The notes under the pieces were generated by a model. It did not search any database, was not told where the DNA came from, and saw only the letters and a list, made by a program, of their open reading frames with translations. From Paraspadella gotoi (Eukaryota; Animalia; Chaetognatha), in contig CM119270.1 of the NCBI GenBank assembly GCA_051294375.1, positions 5,557,452 through 5,621,451 of the forward strand: a stretch of 64,000 bases of DNA. The letters are read 5' to 3'. Both the position numbers and the translations under genes were made by a program. Positions 27,197 through 41,036 of the stretch are shown here, in pieces; positions within the stretch are counted from its first letter, which is position 1; the number at the start of each line of letters is the position of its first letter.

Positions 27197-28799
27197 AGAT
27201 TCTGGATTATAAAGGTTCAGGCTTCTCATCCATACTACTATTATATATATTGAATTCTTTTTTGTTCTTTTTGTTTTTCTAATTTCGTTTCTTAGTTGCG
27301 CCACGAGTACTCGCGGAGCAACTCTATTTTCGGTCGGTCCGTTGGTATGTCTGTCTGTCTGTCCTACTTATGTTAAAAACGCTTATAACTTGCCTATAGT
27401 TTGTTGCTCATTTGTTAAAAATAAAATCTAAGCAACTACTGGCGCCGCATTTTGTTTTTAAAGAAATCTAATAAACTATAAGGAATAAATGACATGATAA
27501 GTAAAAAGAAAAGTAATGCGGCGCAACACCTTGGACTAACCGTTCCTTGTTCTTTTTTATTTCTTTCTCAACTTCATCCTTTTAGTACTTCTCCCCTTTT
27601 CTTCCCTCTTTTGTTTCTCCCTCCCTCCGACATTTATAAAATCTTCTGTTTTTTTCGTTTTTTTTCAAAGTTTCAATGTTTTCCTTTTTTTAATGTCAAA
27701 ATCAAAACATTTTCCGTCAACCTATATTTTTTTCCTACTCCATTTCAGTCATGTAATGAAATTGGTACAACCAATATATAAGTTATCTATTCATGTAATA
27801 AATAAGCTATCTTGCTCCTGACTTTGGACAGGCTTACAAGATAATGACATAGCAGGTCCCTGCAAGCTTTCAATCAAGACTCTCTCACAGTCTTGTTTAT
27901 TCACTCCCAGAGTACCTGGCCTCCCTATCAATGAAGTGGTATAATTTTTCAAAGAATGTTTCAATCGTATTTGTTGAGCTGAACACATCATCTAATCCTT
28001 TTTTATTCTTCGTCTTACTTTGCCTTTTATCTTACAACTAATTCTCCTTTCTAATCCGCAAAAAATCTTTCTTTTTTTTTCTATTTTCGATCTTTTTTTT
28101 TTTCTTTTTAATCGTGCTTCCCTTTTTCTTTTTCCTTTCTTCCCTCCACCTTTCTCCCTCTCCTCCTCCTCCTCCTCCTCCACCGCTTCTTCCTCTACCT
28201 ACCATCTCTCACCCTTTTCACTATCCATCTCCTCTCCTCCTCCTCTCCGCTCCTGCGCTCCTGCCTTCCTCGCTCCTCCTCCCTCTTCTCAAGTTTTGCC
28301 CCAAAAGACGAGATTCGCGTCGGACGCGTTTTTTCGTTGCCACGGGAGACGCGCGTCGTCTTGGGCGACGCCTTCTCTTTTAAACCTTTAACGTTTTCTA
28401 AATTCAATCGATTTTTTTGCGTTTAAAAAAAAAAATATATGGTCAAAGTTTTCTTCGTAATAATAAGCAAAGGACATAATCTACGAATGAAAGCGCGCTA
28501 ACTTTAAACAAATACTTAATACAGTATTTTTGTTTCAAATAGGATATAAAACGAAAAATATCCAAACCAATTCGAAAAACAGTAAATTTTTTTATAGTAA
28601 TTTTTTTTTATTCTTCTTGTTTCTACCACAATTATCGATGGCAATTTCTAAATTGTTTTTTCTTTTTTTCTTTTTATCTCTTATTCACCCTTGACCATCT
28701 TTCTTTACCCGCTAACTCACCCAATTATCTTTTTCTATAGGAGAGATTTCAATCTCCTATCTCTTTCCTCTTGCTTAATTTCCTTTCTTTCATCTCAAT

Positions 28800-29182
28800 C
28801 TCCACCAATTCTTATCATTTCTTCCTCCTTTTCTTTTTTCCTTTCTCCCTTCCTCACTTTCTTCTTTCCTTTCTTCCTTCCTTCCTTTCTTCTTTCCTTT
28901 CTCCCTTCCTCCCTTCCTCCCTTTCTTTTTTCCTTTCTTCCTTCCTCCCTTTATTCTTTCCTTTCTCCCTTCCTTCCTTTCTTCTTTCCTTTCTCCCTTC
29001 CTTTCTTCTTTCTTTTCTTCCTTCCTACCTTTCTTTTTTCTTTTCTCCCTTACTCCCTTTCTTCTTTCTTTCCTCCCTCCATTCCTCCCTTTCTTCCCTC
29101 TCCCTCTCTCCAATCACCATACGCTCCCGTCTCTCGCAGTTCTTCACATTTTTCACTTCCTACTCATGAATTTTGCCGGCGC

Positions 29183-29230
<48 letters not shown>
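28800..29230. repeat. Polypyrimidine (TTCC/TTTC)n tract followed by (CT)n
   Basis: Direct inspection. Confidence 0.9.
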
Positions 29231-29852
29231 AACACAGATCATTTTCTGATGATGTAATCGAATCTTAGAAACTCGTTTTCCTCCTTTGGTTTTTTTCACC
29301 CGAGACTACAACGACGATGGCGATGACGAAGACGACGACGACGACGACGACGAAGAAGAAGACGACGACAACGAAGACGAGTTAATTAACAAAGAAAGTT
29401 ATATATGAGACAAAAATGATGATGACAAAAAAAAAGGGAAAGGAAACTGAGTGATTAAATTCTAAAATAACGACAAAAAAAATGATGAAAATTTTTTTTT
29501 CAAATAAACTTAACATGAATTTTCGATGACAAAATGTAATAAACGACAAAATGTACTAAACGATAAAATGTACTAAACTTATCTACCTACTTACAACGAG
29601 GAAAAGGTTGACAAGGACGACAACCGCGTCAAGGAAAATGACGACGACAATGACGAACGCCAAGAAACATGAGTGAACTTTTCACGAGTCCCAAAGAGGC
29701 CTCGGTATCAAAATTCAAAAAACAACGACAGAAAAACGACGACGAGGACGACGACGACGACGACGACGAAATCCAGAAACGCCAAATGTCACCGTCTCTA
29801 CCTAATCGTTTAAATTGACCTTCGGGGCTAAACCAGGAATTTCTAAAAAGCG

Positions 29853-29908
<56 letters not shown>

Positions 29909-30904
29909 CAGAGAGATATTTTTGCTTGATCCTTCATTGAAAGTAGTTTTTTTCTTTTTTAAAATTTTGAATCCATTTTTTTTCTCTTGATGGAACCAAC
30001 ATGAGTATAAAAATATTTATATTACCCTGTAGTATTTTTAAATTTTGATGTGACAAAGGTGGAAATTTGAATATCTGTATTTTTTGGAATGACTATAGTC
30101 TAATACGATGATGTTGTCCCTCATCCTCTGACTTTAATCCTCTATTAATTCGTTTAAATTTTAATTATTTTATTCGTTTTCATGTTTTCTTTTTCTTTGG
30201 GCGGAACTGAAGGAGATTCTTGTTTCCACAGAATCGTGAGTTGACTCTTTGACTTTCTTTGTTCCTTCGTTTGTCGGTTTCGTCAAAAGAAAATTCGTCG
30301 AAGTGGACGAAAACAAAACAAAACAACAACAACAACAACAACAACAACAAAAAAAGGGAACAAATCGAAGCGAAAATCAGAAACAAGAGAAGGAAACAAA
30401 AGGGGAAAACAAAACACAAAAGGGCAATAAATGGAAAAGAAGAAAAGGGAGAAAATAACAAAAAGGGAAAAATAGAAAAAACCGAGAGAAGGCGTTTCGC
30501 CCGCGCGTGTTCGAACACACCTCCACGCCCACACACCGCCAGGCTCTCTCACACACAACAAGGCCCATTCAAGCACACCTCCCCGCCCACGCATTCCCCG
30601 CCCACTCTCTCACACCTCATAATTTCACTCACCCTGATCCTGAATCACCAAAAGTACGACCAACTTCCTGCTCTTCAATTGTAAAGATGAATCAAGATTT
30701 CATTCATTTCTTTACATTTATATTTTTTTTCTTTCACCTTTCGTTCAATTTCACTTTTAATTAATATTACCTATTTTCATTGACTTTTAGCAACACGAAA
30801 GATTGCGGTTATGAAATACTTAAGTTTGTAAATTTCCACGTTCTAGAATTCATTTATTTTTAGNNNNNNNNNNNNNNNNNNNNNNNNNCGCGCTCCATTT
30901 ATTT

Positions 30905-30999
<95 letters not shown>

Positions 31000-31800
31000 C
31001 ATCCTCAATTTCAGAGATTTTTTAATCTCCCGAATAAAAAGAAGGCGGATATTCCAATTTAGCGATTTTTTTTTTTTCAATTTGGATTTCATAAAATCTC
31101 ACAAAAAAAAGAAAGAGAAAGAAAGAAAGAAAGATAAAGAAAGAAAGAAAGGAAAACGTTGTGCAAGGTTGGATCTTGGCCAACGGACTTTCCATCGGAA
31201 GAACTTTTTTTCCCCATCCAAATCGCCAATGTACGAAAAGTACAGTAAATCACGGGTTTATCTTAAACCGGAAAAAAAGATCGAAACGATATATTCGAGG
31301 GAAAAATTCGTATTTAACGAAGTTTTGGATCTCGTTGGCCTCGCTTAAACCGAGAGGTCACCTTAAATCTCACAAATATATATTTTTCCCTTTCATATCT
31401 TAACCGAATCTCATCTTAACTCACATGTTTCGGTTTTTTACAACTTATGATTAGGGTTTGAACATTAATAGTTTTTAAAAATGACAATTTATTTCAACTT
31501 TAGCCTAAGAATAAAAGTACCGTTTAAAAAAAAAAACACCTGTTAGCTGCTATCGTTTTGGTTTATCCTGAAAATCAGACGAAAACCAACGAAAACAACA
31601 ACAACCACAAAAATTGCGACAATAATTTTACTATGGACAAAAACGAGAATATCACAAAAACGATAACAAACAGAGACGACGACGACGACGACGACGACGA
31701 CGAGGCTTCTATCGAAGGAAATGATGAGGATGAGAGATGATCATGGGGCGTTTATGAAGGGCCGACGGTGGAGAGAGAGAGAGAAGGAGAGAGAGAACGG

Positions 31801-31856
<56 letters not shown>

Positions 31857-31962
31857 CAGAGAGAGAGCTCGTTCTGTCGATAAGCCAAGATAGAGAGGGA
31901 GCGAGAAACACTGACTCGAAAACTTCATCGAGCGTTTTTTCGAGAAAAGCTTCCTACAATCA

Positions 31963-31995
<33 letters not shown>

Positions 31996-32854
31996 TCGTT
32001 CGTCGGTCGGTCGTCGTCGTCGTCGTTCGTCGTCGTCGTGCGTCGTCGACACCGTAGTCGATACATCTCCGAAACTTGGGCGCCAATTTATTACGCATTC
32101 ACCATATAAAAATAATCCCTTTTTTTTCTGCTGCTAAAAAAACATCTTATCTAAAAAATGATGAATCTTCCTAAGCGAGAAAAATTAATATAAGTAAACA
32201 AAAAAAAATAAAGAGAAAATGTTTATCTACCTAGGAAGTTATTAAACCGCGCTATATTTTGCAATATCTCTTCAAAATTTTTTTTTTGTCGACGTCATAA
32301 TTCAAATCTATTTTAACAATTTGACTTTTTTTCTTTCAGATAAATTTCTTTCTTTGGATCGCTTCCCTTCTGTCCCTTCTCCCCAATCGCCCTGTACCCA
32401 CTGCCACCAAAAGAAAACTATCGAAAAAAGAAGCAACGACTGTTATTTACAATGTGAAACTATTTTTATTCGTACAGTTGTGTCAAGATGAAACGTAAGA
32501 AACATTTAAATTCGTCGATCCCTCTCGGCTGCTGAGGAGACAAAAAAAATCGAAAAAAACTGCGGTTGTAAATGATTTTTTAAAAAACAATTCAAATTCG
32601 TAAATAACAAAAAAAAATAAAATTTAAATGGATAGTACGTTCGTTAATAGGCAACCAATTAATAATACAGAATGCTAAATACGTCGATCGCAACGTGAGA
32701 AAGTCTCAATTTTTGTTTCACGTCTTCCAACTCGGCCCTTGTGATCAATATTCTATCACAAGACAAACTAAAACAAAACAAACAAACAATTAAAAAAACA
32801 AACAAACTAAAACTCGATCTCTCCCATTCAGAGACTCGAAGTTTACCTTTCAAG

Positions 32855-32912
32855 CAGCCAATCAGGAAGCGTGAAAAAAAAGAGGGATCCTTATGACTTG
32901 ACCAATCACGAA
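32855..32912 (+). promoter_or_regulatory. Two CCAAT boxes (NF-Y-type), ~1.2 kb upstream of innexin exon 1 (duplicated at ~36520-36575)
   Basis: AGCCAATCAG and GACCAATCAC about 44 bp apart, both fitting RRCCAATSR, followed by a GC-richer island. Confidence 0.35.
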
Positions 32913-34118
32913 GAGAGAAGTGAATCAACTGCGTCTAGTGTGATTAAAAACGTCAAACGTTCACTAGAAATTTCGGCAAATTTGTTTAAAATATCACTGA
33001 CTTCAGGCGTCTTCATCTCCCGGCAGCAGCGCCCGGACTTACCCCTTGCCGCCGCCTCCACTTAACTTACCTTGGATCCATAATCCTCTCGGCTCGTTCC
33101 CCCCCCCCTCGTCGTCTTCCTAGTCATCTATTCAGGGCGCAAACTCGCGTTGTTGTTGTTGTTGTTATTGTTCTCGTCTAGTCAGCACTCCCGCCACGCG
33201 TTCGTCACTCTGCTCTCTAGTCAATAAAAAATTAAAAACAAAAAAAACAAAAAAAAAAAAAAAACCAAACAAAAAAAACAAAACTACTTTGATAGTAACG
33301 AACGTTTTAACTCATTTACTTTTTGCCAATATATACACACTTACATTATTATCAATAGGGTAAAAATCTAAAGCCGTTAACAAGCCTCTTTCCCTTTTTT
33401 ACTCACCGAACCAAAATCTAGTCCGACTTAAAAACAAAAATAAAGTAAAATTAAAAAAAAAGCCAAATTTCTGTTGTCATTTAAAAAAAACCCAAAAAAC
33501 TAATCATATAAAAAAAAACAAAATTGATATTTCTTGATTTTTTATTTATTTAATTACGTTGACAAACAGAAACAATTTTTCTTTTTCGCCGACATTAGCC
33601 TCATATTCTCGGTTTTCGCCGTCGATGCCTTAACAAATATAAACCGAAACGAATAAACAAACGTACATATAAACAAACAAACAAATAACAAATAAGAACA
33701 AATAAAACGAAATCTATGGCCAAAAAAAAATACAATAAAGCGTTACAAGGAAAATAACCCAAAAAACCGTCATGTCGTCTCTCTCTCTCTTTTCTTTCGT
33801 TTTTTTTGATCGCATTTTCATCAAAGAAAGCCTTCGACCAAGTCAAGTAAAATCCCAGCAAATTTAGTGACAAAAAGAATAAATATTTATTAAGAGTTAA
33901 TGTCGAATTTATGGGGAAAAGAAATTATTAGACTACCGTTAGATATCAGAAAATAATTAAAAAAACAACAAAAACAAAAACAACAAAAACAAAACAAAAC
34001 CAAAGATCTCAGACGTCCTGATTTCTCCGCCGCCATTTTTCTCTCGGGCTGCGAAAACAATAAAGGAAAGAGGATAAGAAAGGAAAGAAAAAAGGGAAAG
34101 AAAAAAAGGAGAGACAAA

Positions 34119-34180
34119 ATGTCTTTTCTGCTTCAGGTTCAAAGAGCTGATCACTCAAAGCGTCGGCATCGACGACACAG
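34119..34180 (+). CDS. inx: Duplicate of innexin exon 1
   Basis: Same sequence as 37872-37932 with a few indels; lies in the first copy of the 3.7-kb duplication. Confidence 0.6.
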
Positions 34181-34797
34181 GTTAAGTTTCAGGGTCGGGT
34201 TCATTGTTGATGCTGCTGGAAATTGGGATTATTTAAACCAATGAATGCTGTAGTCGACAATTATACGTCAAAACTCCCCCATTTCATCTTTAATCCAGAG
34301 TTTAATTATTTTCAGGTTTAAGGTTGGGATTTTTTAGGCTGGGTTTAGGTAGATTATGGTTTGATTTAAGGATTATGGTTCAGGGACTGCGGTTAACCTT
34401 ACAATGAGTTTGATAGCAACAGTTTCAATTAAACATTCAGGTGTAACAAATTCAATAAAAAATCGGGGGAAACAGAATCGACGGCGCGTTTTTATATTTT
34501 TTTTTAAAGAGCCCAATTCGACACAGTGATGACGATTTTTAACCCGCGAAGTTTGTCCCGTCTTTATATTTTAGCTCTGTTTTTTTTTGCTGTCTTGTCT
34601 TATCTTTATTTTCACTCTTCTTCTCTCGTTGTCATTATTTTAGCCGATCTCTGTCCGCTCTGACGAATTTCCGTTTATTTTTATTTGCTGACCTTATTTC
34701 AGAGATTTTTTAATCTCCCGAATAAAAAGAAGGCGGATTTTCCAATTTAGCGATTTTTTTGTTTTTCAATTTGGATTTCATAAAATCTCACAAAAAA

Positions 34798-34828
<31 letters not shown>

Positions 34829-35488
34829 GAAAACGTTGTGCAAGGTTGGATCTTGGCCAACGGACTTTTCCATCGGAAGAACTTTTTTCCCCATCCAAAT
34901 CGCCAATGTACGAAAAGTACAGTAAATCACGGGTTTATCTAAACCGGAAAAAGATCGAAACGATATATTCGAGGGAAAAATTCGTATTTAACGAAGTTTT
35001 TGGATCTCGTTGGCCTCGCTAAACCGAGGTCACCTTAAATCTCACAAATATTATTTTTTCCCTTTCATATCTTAACCGAATCTCATCTTAACTCTTACAT
35101 GTTTCGGTTTTACAACTTATGATTAGGGTTTGAACATTAATAGTTTTAAAAATGACAATTTTATTTCAACTTTAGCCTAAGAATAAAAGTACCGTTTAAA
35201 AAAAAAACACCTGTTAGCTGCTATCGTTTTGGTTTATCCTGAAAATCAGACGAAAACCAACGAAAACCAACAACAACCACAAAAATTGGACAATAATTAT
35301 TACTATGACAAAAACGAGGAATATCACAAAAACGATAACAAAAGACGACGACGACGACGACGACCGACGACGACGACACGACGACGACGAAGGCTTCTAT
35401 CGAAGGAAATGATGAGGATGAGAGATGATCATGGGGCGTTTATGAAGGGCCGACGGTGGAGAGAGAGAGAGAAGGAGAGAGAGAAAGG

Positions 35489-35526
<38 letters not shown>

Positions 35527-35652
35527 AGAGAGAGAGAGGAAGAGAGCAGAGAGAGAGCTCGTTTCTGCGATAAGCCAAGATAGAGAGGGAGCGAGAAACA
35601 CTGACTCGAAAACTTCATCGAGCGTTTTTTCGAGAAAAGCTTCCTACAATCA

Positions 35653-35706
<54 letters not shown>

Positions 35707-37871
35707 CACCGTAGTCGATACATCTCCGAAACTTTGGGCGCCAATTTATTACGCGATTTCACCATAAAAATAATCCCTTTTTTTTCTGCTGCTAAAAAAC
35801 ATCTTATCTAAAAATGATGAATCTTCCTAAGCGAGAAAAATTAATATAAGTAAACAAAAAAAAAATAAAGAGAAAATGTTTACTATCTACGGAAGTTATT
35901 TAAAATCGCGCTATATTTTGCAATATCTCTTCAAATTTTTTTTTTTGTCGACGTCATAATTCAAAATCGGTTTTAACAATTTGACTTTTTTTCTTTCAGA
36001 TAATTTCTTTCTTTGGATCGCTTCCCTTCTGTCCCTTCTCCCCCAATCGCCCTGTACCCCACTGCCACCAAAAAGAAAACTATCGAAAAAATAGGCAACG
36101 ACTGTTATTTACAATGTGAAACTATTTTTATTCGTACAGTTGTGTCAAGATGAAACGTAAGAAACATTTAAATTCGTCGATCCCTCTCGGCTGCTGAGGA
36201 GACAAAAAAAATCGAAAAAAACTGCGGTTGTAAATGATTTTTTTAAAAAACCAATTCATTCGTAAATAACAAAAAAAAATAAAATTTAAATGGATAGTAC
36301 GTTTCGTTAATAGGCAACAATTAATAATACAGAATGCTAAATACGTCGATCGCAACGTGAGAAAGTCTCAATTTTTGTTTCACGTCTTCCAACTTTCGGC
36401 CCTTGTGATCAATATTCTATTCACAAGACAAACTAAAACAAACAAACAAACAAATTAAAACAAACAAACAAACTAAAACTCGATCTCTCCCATTCAGAGA
36501 CTCGAAGTTTACCTTTCAAGCAGCCAATCAGGAAGCGTGAAAAAAAAGAGGGATCCTTATGACTTGACCAATCACGAAGAGAGAAGTGAATCAACTGCGT
36601 CTAGTGTGATTAAAAACGTCAAACGTTCACTAGAAATTTCGGCAAATTTGTTAAAATATCACTGACTTCAGCGTCTTCATCCCCGAGCAGCGCCCGTGAC
36701 TTACCCCTTGCCGCGCCTCCACTTAACTTACCTTGGATCCATAATCTCTCGGCGTTCCCCCCCCCCCCTCGTCGTCTTCCTAGTCATCTATTCAGGGCGC
36801 GCAAACTCGCGTTGTTGTTGTTGTTGTTATTGTTCTCGTCTAGTCAGCACTCCCGCCACGCGTTCGTCACTCTGCTCTCTAGTCAATAAAAAAATAAAAA
36901 CAAAAAAAAAAAAAAAACCGGAGGAGGAAGAAACGCGACTCGATAAGATAGAATACAGTTCTTATACTGCATGTCTTTTGCCATATTTAATGGTACTTAA
37001 TAAATATAAAGATTAACAAAAAAAAACAAAAAATACTACTTTTGAAATAGTAACGAACGTTTTAACTCATTTACTTTTTGCCATATATATACACACTTAC
37101 ATTTATTATAATAGGGTAAAAATCTAAAGCCGTTACAAGCCTCTTTCCCTTTTTTACTCACCGAACCGAAATCTAGTCCGACTTAAAAACAAAAATAAAG
37201 TAAAATAAAAAAAAGCCAAATTTCTGTTGTCATTTAAAAAAAAAAACCCAAAAAACTAATCATATAAAAAAAAATTGATTTGTTGATTTTTTATTTATTT
37301 AATTACGTTGACAACAAAACAATTTTTCTTTTTCGCCGACATTAGCCTCATATTCTCGGTTTTCGCCGTCGATGCCTTAACAAATATAAACCGAAACGAA
37401 TAAACAAACGTACATATAAACAAACAAACAAATATACAAAAGAACAAATAAAACGAAATCTATGCAAAAAAAAAATACAATAAAGCGTTACAAGGAAAAT
37501 AACCCAAAAACCGTTCATCTCGTCTCTCTCTCTCTTTCTTTTCGTTTTTGTCAAGTTGAGTGATCGCATTTTCATCAAAGAAGCCTTGAGACCAAGTCAA
37601 GTAAAATCCCAGCAAATTTAGTGACAAAAAGAATAAATATTTATTAAGAGTTAATTTCGAATTTATGGGGAAAAGAAATTATTAGACTACCGTTAGATAT
37701 CAGAAATAATTAAAAAAAACAACAAAAACAAAAACAACAAAAACAAAACAAAACCAAAGATCTCAGACGTCCTGATTTCTCCGCCGCCATTTTTCTCTCG
37801 GGCTGCGAAAACAATAAAGGAAAGAGGATAAGAAAGGAAAGAAAAAGGGAAAGAAAAAAAGGAGAGACAAA

Positions 37872-39352
37872 ATGTCTTTTCTGCTTCAGTTCAAAGACTG
37901 GATCACTCAAAGCGTCGGCATCGACGACACAGGTAAGTTTCGGGTCGGGTTCATTGTTGATGCTGCTGGAAATTGGGATTATTTAAACCAATGAATGCTG
38001 TAGTCGACAATTATACGTCAAAACTCCCCCATTTCATCTTTAATCCAGAGTTAATTTATTTTTCAGGTTTAAGGTTGGGGATTTTTTAGGCTGGGGTTTA
38101 GGTTAGATTATGGTTTGATTAAGGATTATGGTTAGGGACTGGGTTAACCCTTACAATGAGTTTGATACGCAACAGTTTCATTAAACATTCAGGTTAAAAT
38201 TCAGATTAAAAATTGGGGAACAGAATCGGGGCGTTTTTTTTTTAAAAAGAGCCCAATTCGACACAGTGATACGATTTTAACCCGGAAGTTTGGTTCCCGT
38301 CTTTATATTTTAGCTCTGTTTTTTTTTCTGTCTTTCTATCTTTATTTTCACTCTTCTTTCTCTCGTTGTCATTTTTAACCCGATCTCTGTCCCTCTGACG
38401 AATTTCCGTTTTTTTTATTTGCNNNNNNNNNNTTTATGAAGCACAAGGTTTATTTTGAGTTTAAACTTTCGCCTATGAGACCCGATCTGTGTCAAGGGGA
38501 AGAAAATCGTCTGCAGTTACAGACCCGCATCAAAATGGGACCTATAAAATTATCTAAAAACGTATATAATCGTTTCAACGCCACCTCGTATCTGGAATAT
38601 TTGGCGTTGATTATGTTGTTGTTGTTGTTCATGTTTTTTTCTTTTAAATCGAAGCGAAAACAAAAGTAAAACAAGAAGAGAAAAAAAGATGAATCGAATC
38701 TCGTTGGTGCAGAGAAGAACCATTAATTCGTGAAAAGGGGATGAGAACGAAAAAGGGAAGGAGATAGGAGAAAAAGGAAAGGAGATAAGGAAAGAGAGGG
38801 AGAAAGGAAGGAAAGGAGTTGGAAGAGGTAGAGAGAAAAGAAAGGAGAAAGGAAAGGAGAGACTGAGGAATGGAGATAGGAGAAAAAGGAAAGGAGATAA
38901 GGAAAGAGAGGGAGAAAGGAAGGAAAGGAGTTGGGAGAGGTAGAGAGAAAAGGAAGGAGAGAGAAGAGGAGAGACGGAGGAAAGGAGATAGGAGAAAAAG
39001 GAAAGGAGATAAGGAAAGGGAGGGAGAAAGGAAGGAAAGTAGTTTGAAGAAGAGGGATGAAGATGAAAAGAAGCAGAGGAGCAAATATGGAGAGCGGAGA
39101 GTAAAAGAGGATTAGGGAGAAAGAAACAAGAAAGGATAGGGAAAGAAAGCAGAGAAAGGAAGAAAGAAGATAAGAAGCAGCATGAGAAGGAAAAGAAGAG
39201 TTGAGGTTGAGCTGAATAGGGAAAGGGAGATAGGTGCGGAGAAAGCGAGTATATAGGCGAATGAGAAAGGAAGAAAAGGAAGGAAAAACGAAGGAAAGGG
39301 GATAGAGAAAACAGAGAGCAGATGGTAGTTCTGGGGGAGAGGAAGAAAAGAG

Positions 39353-39416
<64 letters not shown>

Positions 39417-40998
39417 CATGAAGAGTACGTATTAAATAAGGATCTGAATGAGGGAAGGAAAAAAATTAGGGAGAGGAAGGAAGGCAAAGAGGAGTGGGAC
39501 TGAGAAGAGAGACTAAGAAAGAGGAGAGATGAAGATCAAAACAAAAAGGAAAGAAGAGGCAGATGGATATAAGAGAAGAAAAGGCGGGGAATAGAAATCA
39601 AAATGAAATACAGTTTCAGCTGCAACGAAGACGAAAACCGAGAACAGAAATACGGAATCTGGGGGGAAAAGAAGAAAAGGAAAAAAAGAAAAAAGGAAAG
39701 AAAGAAAAATGGAGATAACAAGAATTGAGTGCGAAGAAAGAAAAAAGAAAGGGAGAAAGACGAAAGAATTGGTTAGTGAAAGATTTTGTGGCGGAGCAAT
39801 CTTCTCACTTAACCCGGTCGCAATTTCAATACCGTTCTTTGATCCTATTTTTAAGAGGTATCACGCTCTCGCCAGGGGATGGCGAATACCTTAAATATAA
39901 CCTTGTGTCGTGTATCGGTTCGTTTTTGGTATAAAACTATTAAAACTTTGCAATGCAAAAGAAATTAGGTTGTCGAAAGTCGAAACCGTTCTACGTATAT
40001 CGTAAGCCCCTCGTTGCTTTTTCTTTCCTGATCTCTTGCGAAGCATTACGCATTTACGCTACCGTCCGCTGTCAAGGACCTCCGCCGTTGTTTATGTTTC
40101 CTCTTCCTTCTCTGCTTTCGTTTCTCTCTACAATCTTGTTTGCTTTCTCTTTTCTTTTCTCTTCCCTCGCGATTAAAATCTCCACCTCAATGGTATCGCT
40201 TTTCCTCTCGTAACCGAATCAACTTCGAGTCTGCGAATTTTCCAACTTTTATTTAAACGTTCATTTGTTTTGTTTTTTTAAACGTAGTTGTCGTCATCTG
40301 TATCGTCGTCGTCGTCGTCGTTACTGTCGTTTTCGCCTTTATTTTTAGCGTCTTTATCGTCATCGTTATCGTCGTCGTCGTCAACATTGGTATATTGAGT
40401 GTTGTCATTGTTTTCTTAGTCGTCATAGTCATCATCATGACGAGTGACAGCGATACCGCCATCATTGTTGCCTTCGTCGTCGTCGTCGTCGTCGTCGTCG
40501 TCTCCGTTTTGTTTTGTTTTCCTGTCTAATCGTTGTTTATTTTTCCCCTCTTCCTCCCAACTTCCCCGTTTCAATCTTAATTTCCTCCGAGATTTTTATT
40601 TTTGATAAATTTATTTTTCATCGATATCTTTGTTATTTTTCGTCGACTCGTGGTTTTTTCTCGGTTCATCAATCGTTTGAGTCTTTGACAAGAAAATCGG
40701 TTCGTTTTAATTTTAAATTGGATGACAGTTTTGCCGCTGGACGAGTTACATATCTGCGATGCAATTTAAAATATCTTTATTTATCTGTACGTAGTTAATT
40801 AGGATCTATTTTACAGTCAAGTTATAAAAATGATAAAACCTTTAATTTTTTTCTATTGCTTTTTTTTGTTTGGCTATTTTTTCCTCCTTGATCTCATTCT
40901 TTGCACCATATTTTTGTCGTTATCATTTCTCTCCTTTTACCTTCCAGTCAGTTTTTCTATCTATCTTTATATCAATCAATCAATCAATCAATCAATCA

Positions 40999-41036
<38 letters not shown>

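Larger units (their letters stand above)
8560..28400. repeat. About 5.3-kb block in four near-tandem copies (~8560-14397, 14398-19684, 19685-22652 partial, 22678-28400)
   Basis: The same ordered landmarks recur: (CAT)n at 10.4/15.7/20.6/24.6 kb; ACAAAGTTGGGAGCGGGAGTCATCCC at 12.36/17.65/22.54/26.45 kb; (GAC)n at 13.1/18.4/27.2 kb. Copies differ mainly by 1-nt indels. Confidence 0.92.
31008..38422. repeat. About 3.7-kb tandem duplication (~31008-34696 and ~34697-38422)
   Basis: TTTCAGAGATTTTTTAATCTCCCGAATAAAAAG opens both copies, and both end in CTCTGACGAATTTCCGTT; bounded by N gaps. Confidence 0.92.

Noticed and set aside
29520-29580. CRISPR-like spacing in short repeats (ACGACAAAATGTACTAA x3; ACATCTA-type 7-mers at 465-522)
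   Set aside because: These are head-to-tail mini/microsatellites with no unique spacers, no cas genes and a eukaryotic context.
29290-29820. Acidic, Asp-rich coding exon
   Set aside because: Built largely on (GAC)n with stops in the candidate frames and no clear splice boundaries; not supportable without RNA data.
40690-40745. KLDDSFA as innexin exon 1
   Set aside because: No suitable ATG or donor. The exon at 37872-37932 fits better in motif, phase and splice site.
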